DNA from: a virus
Taxonomy: Duplodnaviria; Caudoviricetes
IMG/VR virus record: IMGVR_UViG_3300037462_000280
Coordinates: 1-57,835 of that record
Reading direction: 5' to 3' (one strand)
DNA length: 57,835 nt
Part shown: positions 17,891 through 25,673 of the stretch, in pieces
Layout of the letters: each line of letters starts with the position of its first letter
Numbering within the stretch: position 1 is the stretch's first letter
Position numbers and translations under genes: made by a program
The notes under the pieces: model-generated
Databases searched by the model: none
What the model was told of the DNA's origin: nothing
Seen by the model: only the letters and a program-made list of their open reading frames with translations

Positions 17891-18107
17891 GTACAGTCTG
17901 TACTGGCAACCCTACACGACGAAGCACCGCGTATTCCTCGCCACTTACAACAGCATCGAGGAATGTATGCTCTACGCTAGTCGGATTGAAGACGAGAGCA
18001 ACTTGTACGGTTACGACCCTTCAAAGTGGCGCACGAAAATCGGGACGGGGGTGGTAGCACACTACGACTACATGCTCGACGGGGAATACACCATCGTCAT
18101 CGAATGA
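17883..18107 (+). CDS. Hypothetical protein
   Basis: RBS GGAGGT. Confidence 0.7.
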   Translation: MDKYSLYWQPYTTKHRVFLATYNSIEECMLYASRIEDESNLYGYDPSKWRTKIGTGVVAHYDYMLDGEYTIVIE

Positions 18108-18108
18108 G

Positions 18109-18137
18109 TTGACAGCGTTGTAGAAGCGTGCTATATT
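18109..18137 (+). promoter_or_regulatory. Sigma70 promoter for sRNA-A
   Basis: TTGACA-17-TATATT with TGn. Confidence 0.8.
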
Positions 18138-18143
18138 GAGTGG

Positions 18144-18219
18144 GTCACAGATTGCCTCCGCTCCGTGATTGCCTCCTCAGGCGCAAAACCCCACGCCATC
18201 CCCCGTGGGGTTTTGTTTT
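18144..18219 (+). ncRNA. sRNA-A: two GAUUGCCUCC anti-SD motifs plus intrinsic terminator
   Basis: Promoter, repeated anti-SD motif, terminator CCCCACG/CGTGGGG-TTTTGTTTT. Confidence 0.75.
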
Positions 18220-18235
18220 GCCTACCCATCGCCGT

Positions 18236-18299
18236 AAAAAACAACAAAAACCCGCCACATTTGAGCGTGCCGTAAGGCATAGGCTTGGCGGGTATAGTC
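18236..18299 (-). ncRNA. sRNA-C candidate or large terminator hairpin
   Basis: TGtTATACT at 18305-18313; stem ACCCGCCA/TGGCGGGT plus U tract. Confidence 0.4.
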
Positions 18300-18314
18300 A
18301 TTGCAGTATAACAC

Positions 18315-18471
18315 AAAACCCCAGCAGTCTGGAAACTGCTGGGGCGTGTCTCTTACAGGTTGTAAGAGACTGCGCTTGACGTTGGCGCGTCAAGCGCGGT
18401 ATTGCAGCTCATCATCGAGTTGAGCATTCGCTACTCTGAGCGCCAAGCGGAAAGGAGGACACTTGACGCCC
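18315..18471 (-). ncRNA. sRNA-B: 5' hairpin with UGUCCUCCUUUCC anti-SD loop, three more hairpins, terminator
   Basis: Promoter TTGACG(18504-18499)-17-TACACT(18481-18476); GU pairs fix the - strand; terminator 18315-18344. Confidence 0.75.
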
Positions 18472-18487
18472 CTACAGTGTAACACAT

Positions 18488-18670
18488 TTATGGCCAGTCG
18501 TCAACCACACTATCGGTTGCATCGTCATCCAGTGTGTCATACACATCCATCTCAGGGTCTTCCCAATCCTCAGCGATGAACGCAAACAGGTGGCGCAGGT
18601 AGATAAGTTGCTGGAGTTCAAGCGATGGAAGCTGATTCGGTTCAATGGGGGTAAGCGGGTCAGGTTGCAT
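18488..18670 (-). CDS. Small acidic protein, antitoxin-like
   Basis: AEDWEDPEMDVYD motif; RBS AAAGAGG. Confidence 0.6.
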   Translation of the reverse strand: MQPDPLTPIEPNQLPSLELQQLIYLRHLFAFIAEDWEDPEMDVYDTLDDDATDSVVDDWP

Positions 18671-18704
18671 AATGCCTCTTTGGGTTTAGAACATAATATC
18701 ATCA

Positions 18705-18733
18705 TTGACCGAATTTGTGTGCGGGTGTATGAT
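18705..18733 (+). promoter_or_regulatory. Sigma70 promoter for the hairpin/tRNA-like transcript
   Basis: TTGACC-17-TATGAT. Confidence 0.75.
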
Positions 18734-18854
18734 GTTAAAGGGTGTTGTGCAGAAGCACTACCTTCACACCCTAGCGCGACACCTGCACAATACCCCACCG
18801 GTCTGGAGTGACCTTGCGGCGCAACTCTAGACCCAACAGGTAAACCGCTGATTT

Positions 18855-18928
18855 GGGGCTATGGTGTAAGAGTAGCATGGCTGGCGTATGAACGGCTGGA
18901 TAGGGGCGCAACTCCCCTGTGCCCCACA
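18855..18928 (+). tRNA. Degenerate tRNA-like RNA 1 (anticodon not assignable)
   Basis: GGGGC/GCCCC acceptor, D arm GUGU/GCAU, GCUG/CGGC arm, T arm AGGGG-CGCAACU-CCCCU. Confidence 0.5.
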
Positions 18929-18929
18929 A

Positions 18930-18999
18930 ACGGTCTTGGTGCAGACAGTAGCACGCCCGCATTGGAGCGGATGACACCGGTGCAATTCCGGTAGCCGTA
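18930..18999 (+). tRNA. Degenerate tRNA-like RNA 2 (loop AUUGGA)
   Basis: ACGGU/GCCGU acceptor, D arm GUGC/GCAC, CCGC/GCGG arm, T arm ACCGG-UGCAAUU-CCGGU. Confidence 0.55.
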
Positions 19000-19005
19000 C
19001 TGAGT

Positions 19006-19083
19006 AAAAAGCAACCCCGCAACCTGTGGCAAGGTGTGCGGGGTCTGCCTAGCGCTGAAAGGAGACTTCATGCGCCAGAGTTA
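19006..19083 (-). ncRNA. sRNA-D: hairpin carrying CAUGAAGUCUCCUUUC (anti-AUG plus anti-SD) and terminator
   Basis: Promoter TTGACG(19116-19111)-16-TATAAT(19094-19089); terminator CCCCGCA/TGCGGGG plus U tract. Confidence 0.72.
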
Positions 19084-19194
19084 TAGCCATTATACCTAAA
19101 CTGCCCTACCCGTCAAGCCACCGCTGAATCAGCGCGTGGCATTTTCGCTTACCCAGAAAGTCTCTCGCATACCAAACACACAAGGAGTAACCCC

Positions 19195-19545
19195 ATGACA
19201 CCGAAACCTATGAAGCGCTGGCTTGATGCTTTTGCCTGCGCAATTATTGACCGTGAGGCCGTCCAATTGTCTGACGGTTTTTTAGCCGAGGCAGTTGAAA
19301 GCCCGCGCTGGAATAGGAATATCCTCGGCTGCTACTTAGAAGAAATCGTCGTGCGCCACGACGGTCACGATGTTCTAAAGCTCGGCGCGCCTTACACGCT
19401 GTGGGTACATCCCGAAGGTTATGATGTAGCTCCAGTCGAGGTGGAGATGACCCCGCAATCAGAAGACGCTGCGCTGGTTAAGGCCGCTCGCGTCGCAATG
19501 ATGAAATGGCTGGCCGCTGAGTTGTTGAGCGAGGCGCAATCATGA
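19195..19545 (+). CDS. Hypothetical protein
   Basis: RBS AAGGAG. Confidence 0.7.
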   Translation: MTPKPMKRWLDAFACAIIDREAVQLSDGFLAEAVESPRWNRNILGCYLEEIVVRHDGHDVLKLGAPYTLWVHPEGYDVAPVEVEMTPQSEDAALVKAARVAMMKWLAAELLSEAQS

Positions 19546-20378
19546 GCCAACCATTTAAGGGTTACCGCGCCCCTACCTTCACCCAGACCCCTAATGAGGC
19601 GTTTGACGCTATGCCTGAGCTTACGGGGGCAGAGTTCAAATGCCTGATGTACGTCGTGCGAAACACGTTCGGCTACCACGAACGGGTCAAGCAACTCAGC
19701 CTCACCCAATTCTGTACGGGCAGAACCAAGCGAGATGGGACAGTGCTAGACCGTGGCACTGGTCTGAACCGCGAGACGGTCGTTGTTGCGTTACGCGGGC
19801 TTGTCGAGAAAGGCCACCTCATTGAGTATGTCGATGAGACGGATAAGGGGCGTGTCTCTAAGGCTTATGGGCTAAACATGTTGCCTGAAGACGCTGATGA
19901 AGACGCTGGACTAGTCGGAAAATCCGACTACCCCCAGTCGGAAAATCCGACTACCCCTAGTCGGAAAATCCGACCCCGTACTAAGAAAGAAACTATAGAA
20001 ACAAACCAAGTACATATTCCGCTGGGCGTTGCCAGCGGGATGAGCGATGAGCGCAAGCCAACGTTCGATGACCTCTTTGGCTCTCACACACGGCCTACCG
20101 AGTTGCCATTATCCGTGCGGCTTCACACCGCAATCCGCACGGCCTTCTATCAAGACCGCAAGGTCACGCAATCAGAAGAGTTCCTCATCGCGCAAGCCGT
20201 CAAGGACTTGGTTTCTGTCGAGTTCAAGCCTGAGGACGTGCAAGGCTTCTATGACTGGCTCATGGGCAAGGGCTTTACCGCCCTGACCCCACGGGCGATG
20301 GGCAATCACGTCAACACTTACCTCGGGGAGATACAAGCCCCGAAGGCGCGCCGGACATTCACGATTGAAGGGGAGTAG
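19542..20378 (+). CDS. Phage replication initiator (lambda O-like wHTH)
   Basis: FTQTPNEAFD.MPELTGAEFKCLMYVVRNTFGY...GTGLNRETV; internal iterons. Confidence 0.85.
   Translation: MSQPFKGYRAPTFTQTPNEAFDAMPELTGAEFKCLMYVVRNTFGYHERVKQLSLTQFCTGRTKRDGTVLDRGTGLNRETVVVALRGLVEKGHLIEYVDETDKGRVSKAYGLNMLPEDADEDAGLVGKSDYPQSENPTTPSRKIRPRTKKETIETNQVHIPLGVASGMSDERKPTFDDLFGSHTRPTELPLSVRLHTAIRTAFYQDRKVTQSEEFLIAQAVKDLVSVEFKPEDVQGFYDWLMGKGFTALTPRAMGNHVNTYLGEIQAPKARRTFTIEGE
19912..19974. repeat. Three palindromic iterons AGTCGGAAAATCCGAC(TA), 22-23 bp period; probable origin
   Basis: Copies at 19912, 19936, 19958 inside the initiator gene. Confidence 0.85.
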
Positions 20379-20394
20379 GGGGCAAGATACGCGA

Positions 20395-21282
20395 TTGAAC
20401 GCGATAAGCTTGTTTAGCGGGATAGGGGGTATAGACCTCGCATTTGCAGCTGCCGGTTTCGACATAGTAGCACAAGTCGAGATTGACCCATATTGCAGGG
20501 AGGTTCTAAAACATCATGCCAAAACCTATTGGCCACGTGCCACACAATACGAAAACGTCACCGACTTTGGGGCAACGCAAGTCCAATGCGCTGATGTCAT
20601 CTTTGGGGGGTTCCCGTGCCAAGACATATCGGTCTCGAATCGCAACGGCGCTGGTATTGAAGGCGCACGTTCTGGCTTGTGGTGGGAGTTCTTCCGTATC
20701 ATTAGGGAAGTTAAACCTCGGGCTGTTCTCTTGGAGAACGTTTCAGCAATCGCTTTTCGAGGGGGAACTACAGTTATTGCAGCGCTTGCCCACTTGGGGT
20801 ATCACTGCCGATGGGGTGTTATCAGCGCTGCCGACGCCGGTGCATCTCACACCCGTGCCAGATGGTGGTGTGTGGCCTACGCCCGTGGCAACCGATTCGA
20901 CAAACAGGTTGCCACCAAAGAACCCAGTGTTTCTATCGACAGGGCTGGTGAGGCAACAGAATACGGAATACCAAAGCCAAGTGCGACTTGGGCAAGCAGT
21001 CAAGCTGTTCGGCGACACACAGGCTTTCCTCAATCCCGACTGGGTAGAAGCATTGATGGGTTATCCGCCTTCTTGGACAGACCTATCTTCCCCAGCGGGC
21101 CGCACGTTGCGCCTTATCCGTGGGAACCACCCCGACAAGTGGTATCTCGTGCGTCAGATTGGGCGCACCGTATTCACGCCTTAGGCAATGCGGTTGTTCC
21201 AGCAGTTGTTTATCCTATCGCAAAAGCGATTTACCAAGAATTGAATAGGGGGCAAGATGGAGACAACACGCCAAAAGGTTGA
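20395..21282 (+). CDS. C5 cytosine DNA methyltransferase, large subunit (start uncertain, 20365-20395)
   Basis: SLFSGIGG, GGFPCQD, LLENV, HTRARWW, ALGNAVVP. Confidence 0.92.
   Translation: MNAISLFSGIGGIDLAFAAAGFDIVAQVEIDPYCREVLKHHAKTYWPRATQYENVTDFGATQVQCADVIFGGFPCQDISVSNRNGAGIEGARSGLWWEFFRIIREVKPRAVLLENVSAIAFRGGTTVIAALAHLGYHCRWGVISAADAGASHTRARWWCVAYARGNRFDKQVATKEPSVSIDRAGEATEYGIPKPSATWASSQAVRRHTGFPQSRLGRSIDGLSAFLDRPIFPSGPHVAPYPWEPPRQVVSRASDWAHRIHALGNAVVPAVVYPIAKAIYQELNRGQDGDNTPKG
20516..21184 (+). CDS. Nested alternative-frame MTase small subunit (motif IX); true start likely internal
   Basis: WPTPVATD...LGQAV...LNPDWVEALMGYPPSWTD. Confidence 0.7.
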   Translation: MPKPIGHVPHNTKTSPTLGQRKSNALMSSLGGSRAKTYRSRIATALVLKAHVLACGGSSSVSLGKLNLGLFSWRTFQQSLFEGELQLLQRLPTWGITADGVLSALPTPVHLTPVPDGGVWPTPVATDSTNRLPPKNPVFLSTGLVRQQNTEYQSQVRLGQAVKLFGDTQAFLNPDWVEALMGYPPSWTDLSSPAGRTLRLIRGNHPDKWYLVRQIGRTVFTP

Positions 21283-23119
21283 GGCGTATCTGGTATCGAA
21301 AGGGTTCAAGAACAAGGGCAACTCATGGGATGGGAACTGCCCGTGGCGTGCCGACGCCGATAGCAAGTCATTCCGTGTCACGTTCGGCGATGATGAACAC
21401 GGCGCGTGGGTTGACCGCACCCACAACGAATCGGGAAGCTTGTACGAATTCTGCCAGCGCGTCGGGATTGCACTGCCCGAGAGAACGCTCGCAAACGACA
21501 CAAAACGGGGCTACACGGGGCTTGAGGACTACGCACGGGCACACTGGGCACCCCTAGAGGCTTTCGTGGCTGCAAAGTGGCAAGAAGGCGCGATTTACGG
21601 GCGCCCTGCAATCTCTTTCCCAACCGCAAGCGGGGTGCGCTACCGGTGCATTGATGGGCAGAAGCCACCCTTCATCAACGAGAAGGGCTACACCGCCTGC
21701 TGGTATGGGATTGGGCGCGCTATCTCAGTCGCTACCGAGATGCAATCCCCCATCGTTCTGACCAACGGTGAGGCGTCTGTGGTGGTCGGTCAATACTGGG
21801 GCGTGCCCGCGTTGGCCGTCACCAGCGGTTCCGAGAAGAAGCTGGCCGACCACCTGTTGGCAGAACTGAAGGTCAAGTGGGGTGGCAAGCGTATCATCAT
21901 CGCCCTCGACTGTGACGATACGGGGCGTAAGGCCGCCCAAGACCTCGCTGCACAACTGACTGAGAATGAGTTTGTCGTATCGGTCGTTGACCTCATGCTC
22001 ACGGATAAAGGCGACTTGTGCGACTTCTGTGGGCTGTATGAGCGGGGCGCGTTTGCAGAGTTACAACGCCGTGCCACGTTCAAGGTGCAAACGAAGGCCG
22101 ATACGATGTTGCTGGGGTTGCAAGCCCTTCAGCCCGAATTAGCCAAGCTTGAACGCTTGCTCGTAAATGGAGACCGGAAGTCCCCGACCGCGATTGAGCA
22201 ACTCGAGAAGCTGTATGCGCGCATTGGGAATGTCTTGCGTGGTATGCCCAGCAACGTGCGTATCACCGGCGACCAAATGGCGGACATGCTGGCGGTGCGG
22301 TACAGCGCAAATGACAGCGGGGGGCTAGATACGGGGCTGCGCTTGCTCGATGAGCGCCGCAAGGGGTTTCGGGCGGGCATTCACATCGTGCTGGGGGCAA
22401 CCGGCATGGGCAAATCGACATTCATGCAGAGTGTGGCTGGGCACATGATTAAGACCGGCCACCGCGTGTTGATTATGCCTACCGAGATGGACGCGATTCA
22501 ATGGGCTACAGGCGTATGCGCCTACCTGCTGGGCGTTACGACCGATGTGATTGAAGACAAGCGCTTGACGCCTGAGCAACAATCACGCTATGGGGACGTG
22601 CTGGAGCTTGTGCAGCGCAACACCGTGTTTGTTACGTCCAATCGCGTCACCATTGCAGGTCTTCAGCAACACATCGACGACGCCCGCCAAACCGGCGCGC
22701 TTGACGCGGTAATCATCGACAGCATGAGCAACCTCATGGGGCAATACGGCGACAACTTTGCGATGCAAGGGCACCACGCATATGGGGAACTGATTGCGTT
22801 GCGTAGCGCTACCAACGTGCCGTTTTTCGTGACCCACCAGATTGATGGGCGCAAGAAATCCGCTGAGAGTGACAACATCAAGCTTCCCAACATGTACGAT
22901 GCAAAAGGCTCATCAGGGGTTGAAGACGCGGCGGATACGCTGATGTTTATCTACTACCACCACTACTATGTGCTAAAGGGCTTCTCCAAGCCTGACGACG
23001 CATTCCCCGAGGGTACGGCGCACATCGGGGTGTTGAAGGTGCGCGGGCGGGCGGCAAAAGAGGATGTACTCATCCCTGTGAAGCTCGTGCGCGGTCAAGG
23101 CTTTTACAATCTACGCTAA
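21257..23119 (+). CDS. Primase-helicase (Zn-binding, TOPRIM, DnaB-like)
   Basis: CPW, IIIALDCDDTG, KGDLCDF, Walker A GATGMGKS, VIIDS, GSSGVEDAAD. Confidence 0.9.
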   Translation: METTRQKVEAYLVSKGFKNKGNSWDGNCPWRADADSKSFRVTFGDDEHGAWVDRTHNESGSLYEFCQRVGIALPERTLANDTKRGYTGLEDYARAHWAPLEAFVAAKWQEGAIYGRPAISFPTASGVRYRCIDGQKPPFINEKGYTACWYGIGRAISVATEMQSPIVLTNGEASVVVGQYWGVPALAVTSGSEKKLADHLLAELKVKWGGKRIIIALDCDDTGRKAAQDLAAQLTENEFVVSVVDLMLTDKGDLCDFCGLYERGAFAELQRRATFKVQTKADTMLLGLQALQPELAKLERLLVNGDRKSPTAIEQLEKLYARIGNVLRGMPSNVRITGDQMADMLAVRYSANDSGGLDTGLRLLDERRKGFRAGIHIVLGATGMGKSTFMQSVAGHMIKTGHRVLIMPTEMDAIQWATGVCAYLLGVTTDVIEDKRLTPEQQSRYGDVLELVQRNTVFVTSNRVTIAGLQQHIDDARQTGALDAVIIDSMSNLMGQYGDNFAMQGHHAYGELIALRSATNVPFFVTHQIDGRKKSAESDNIKLPNMYDAKGSSGVEDAADTLMFIYYHHYYVLKGFSKPDDAFPEGTAHIGVLKVRGRAAKEDVLIPVKLVRGQGFYNLR

Positions 23120-23130
23120 CCAAAGGAGGC

Positions 23131-23505
23131 ATGATGTCACGCTTGAAACAGACCCTAGACCGTGTTGAGGCATTCGAGAAAGAGGTCGGGATTGAAACAC
23201 CCCCAGCACCCGTTGAAGCGCCGGTCGTGATGACGATGTACGAGGGGATTGTTGTTGGGGCGCTACTGTCTGCGATGATGAACCACAAGCGCCGCTGGCA
23301 GGTGCGTTTTGAGACCGACCCGCGTTCTGCCGAGGCAGAAGCGCGCATGGTGCGTGACGGGTTTGTCACGAAAGACGGGTCGTGGTGCGTTGCAACCGAG
23401 AAAGGCAAGCAGTTCTTGCGCGATAAGGGGTGGGTAGGCACCTTACAGGCCGCGCCTGAAGCGCCTCAGCAACCCTTCTACAACACGAAAAAGAAGCGTC
23501 TGTAG
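23131..23505 (+). CDS. Hypothetical wHTH-like protein
   Basis: RBS AAAGGAGG; TEKGKQFL. Confidence 0.65.
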   Translation: MMSRLKQTLDRVEAFEKEVGIETPPAPVEAPVVMTMYEGIVVGALLSAMMNHKRRWQVRFETDPRSAEAEARMVRDGFVTKDGSWCVATEKGKQFLRDKGWVGTLQAAPEAPQQPFYNTKKKRL

Positions 23506-23515
23506 GGGGTGTTTT

Positions 23516-24019
23516 ATGCTTGAACAGTACCCATTCCCCGAGAACCCTTACCCTGACGACTTGGATGGGCAAATCGACCGCTTGTACAACGATATTGGGT
23601 GTACCACCGAAGAACAGCGCGCACAGTTCCGTGCAGAGCGCACGGCTGATAAACCGTGGTGGGGCGTGCGTAACGAGGCTGAAGGGCGCGTCTACCGCGC
23701 CCCCTATCGCCATAAGCCCACCCTTGAGATGAAGAAGTTCCGCAAGGCGAAACAGGCTGTTTGGCACGTCATTCACATGACCATCAGCGGCCACACGGAA
23801 CCCTACAAGGTATCGTTTGATGGCCACAAGACCAATTACCCGACAGAGACGGAAGCGATTAAAGCCTGTGAGCGCTACATCCCCAGCATCTACCCCACCG
23901 CGAAACGGATTGAGCGCGGGTGCTGGGATGTTCGGACGGGCTACGGTGAACACTTCCGGTTGCAAGTGTTGTTCTTTGGCCGCAAAAGCACGTCGTACAA
24001 GCGTTTTGATAGGGAGTAG
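23516..24019 (+). CDS. Hypothetical protein
   Basis: Operon position. Confidence 0.7.
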   Translation: MLEQYPFPENPYPDDLDGQIDRLYNDIGCTTEEQRAQFRAERTADKPWWGVRNEAEGRVYRAPYRHKPTLEMKKFRKAKQAVWHVIHMTISGHTEPYKVSFDGHKTNYPTETEAIKACERYIPSIYPTAKRIERGCWDVRTGYGEHFRLQVLFFGRKSTSYKRFDRE

Positions 24020-24025
24020 GGTATA

Positions 24026-24415
24026 ATGGGGAGAAAGAAGACAGAGGCGCAAACCAAAGCGCCAGCCAAAAAAGAGCCGGTCACTCCAAGTAGGCACAAG
24101 ACCGCCAAAGAGTATGCCGATGCAGTGTGGGCGCGATACCTGTTTTGCACCCCACAAGCAATGCGTCGGCACATCATGAAACTCATCACACAAGAACTGT
24201 GCCCCGACATGTCGGTTTACACACCCCTATCACGTCTCTCGAAAGACCTTTCCATCCCCGCCCTATGCGCTTGCTTGCAAGCATTGGAGGTAGACCCGTG
24301 TCATCCCTACTGGATTTTGTCAACCGTTACTACCCTGCCCACCCCACCGCGGACTACCACCGCTCCATCGAAGCTGAAGCGATTGGGCTTGTACAAGAGT
24401 ACAATTCACGTGTAG
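24026..24415 (+). CDS. Hypothetical protein (3' end overlaps next ORF)
   Basis: ATG after GGGAG. Confidence 0.5.
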   Translation: MGRKKTEAQTKAPAKKEPVTPSRHKTAKEYADAVWARYLFCTPQAMRRHIMKLITQELCPDMSVYTPLSRLSKDLSIPALCACLQALEVDPCHPYWILSTVTTLPTPPRTTTAPSKLKRLGLYKSTIHV

Positions 24416-24963
24416 ACGCTGGGAAGTGGGCAATCGGGGTGGTCGGGGCGCTGGTCATTCGTGGGCGCAAGGCCGGTGATGGGCAGTACACTATCCAAAA
24501 CATCGCCCGCACTGTTGGGGTAGACCACAAGACAGTCTACAGTTACGCCGACATGGCGCGCTTCTATACCATCCCTAACGTGCTGCAATTCATCACAGAC
24601 CTCAGCCCAACCGCAAACGTTGCGCCGATTTGGTTTACGGGGTATCGTGAGGTCATGCGCCACTGTCGGGTCAAGGACGCGCCAGAAGGTGGTGACACGG
24701 GTCTAGACAAGGCAATGGGGCTTCTCGAGGCTGTGCGCGGCCTTACCGTGGCGGAAACGCGCCTTTTCTTGAACGCCCAAGCCCGCAAACCCGCGCAAAC
24801 GACGCGGGTCGTCCTCGACCAAGACGCCGAGGTTATTCATGTGTTTCCAGACGGGCGCGTGTTGCTTGATATTGGTCAAGCCGCGCTAGACCGTCTTGAA
24901 AATGGTAAGCATATCCGAATCAAAGCAACGGAGGAAGTCGATGAGCGAATCGCAACTGTATGA
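24298..24963 (+). CDS. HTH-containing protein, possible paralog of 32691-33428
   Basis: WAIG...IQNIARTVGVDHKTVYSYADMARFY; GTG after GGAGG. Confidence 0.6.
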   Translation: MSSLLDFVNRYYPAHPTADYHRSIEAEAIGLVQEYNSRVDAGKWAIGVVGALVIRGRKAGDGQYTIQNIARTVGVDHKTVYSYADMARFYTIPNVLQFITDLSPTANVAPIWFTGYREVMRHCRVKDAPEGGDTGLDKAMGLLEAVRGLTVAETRLFLNAQARKPAQTTRVVLDQDAEVIHVFPDGRVLLDIGQAALDRLENGKHIRIKATEEVDERIATV

Positions 24964-25657
24964 AGTGGAAGTCAAGGCGCTGGTTCCCAGCAGTCGAATC
25001 ATTGATGTGCATGATGAGTTGGCTGGAGAGTGCGAAAGCTTGCGTATCGAAAATCAAGTCAACTGGTACTACCGCGTCCCTACCCGCTCGATGTCCAACA
25101 AACCCCTGACCGCGCTCGATGATGCGTTTTGGAAGCCCTATATGGGTTCAAAGCGGGTTCTGCCGCTCGACATGCTGAACAACCAAGAGGTGTACAACAG
25201 CATCAGCGTTCGCCTGCGCGCCCAAGACGAAACCCAAAAGGATACCATCCTTGTGGTCAAGGCCAGCCAAACGGGCGACGCGGTGAATGGTGGAGAACGT
25301 CGTGAGTTTGAGGTGAACCTGCCCATCACCATCGGCGAGGCTGAGGAACTGTTGCTGTCCGCAGGGTACGGGGTTTCGTCCAAGTGGTCACGCCGCCGTC
25401 GTAGCTACGTTATCGAGAACTTCCCCAGCATCACGGCCACGCTCGATTACAACGCGGGCTACGGTTGGGTCTTGGAACTCGAGACGATAGTGTTTGCGAA
25501 CGAAACGACCACTGAGGCGCGTGAAATGCTGTTGCGCTCTCTGAACAAGATGGGCTTAGAGGAACTGCCTCAGCCGCGCTTGCAACGTATGTTCAAGCAC
25601 TATGAGGCGTACTGGCAACACTACTACGGCACTGAAAAAACGTTCGTCATCGAGTAA
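24941..25657 (+). CDS. CYTH-domain (triphosphate tunnel) protein
   Basis: YEVEVKA, QVNWYY, VRLR, RREFE, RRRRSY, LDYNAGYGWVLELE. Confidence 0.85.
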   Translation: MSESQLYEVEVKALVPSSRIIDVHDELAGECESLRIENQVNWYYRVPTRSMSNKPLTALDDAFWKPYMGSKRVLPLDMLNNQEVYNSISVRLRAQDETQKDTILVVKASQTGDAVNGGERREFEVNLPITIGEAEELLLSAGYGVSSKWSRRRRSYVIENFPSITATLDYNAGYGWVLELETIVFANETTTEAREMLLRSLNKMGLEELPQPRLQRMFKHYEAYWQHYYGTEKTFVIE

Positions 25658-25673
25658 CCACGAGGAGGCAATC

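Noticed and set aside
18422-18471. HDV-like ribozyme in sRNA-B (UCCUCC and GCGAAUG motifs)
   Set aside because: No room for the nested P2/P3 topology; a simple hairpin explains it
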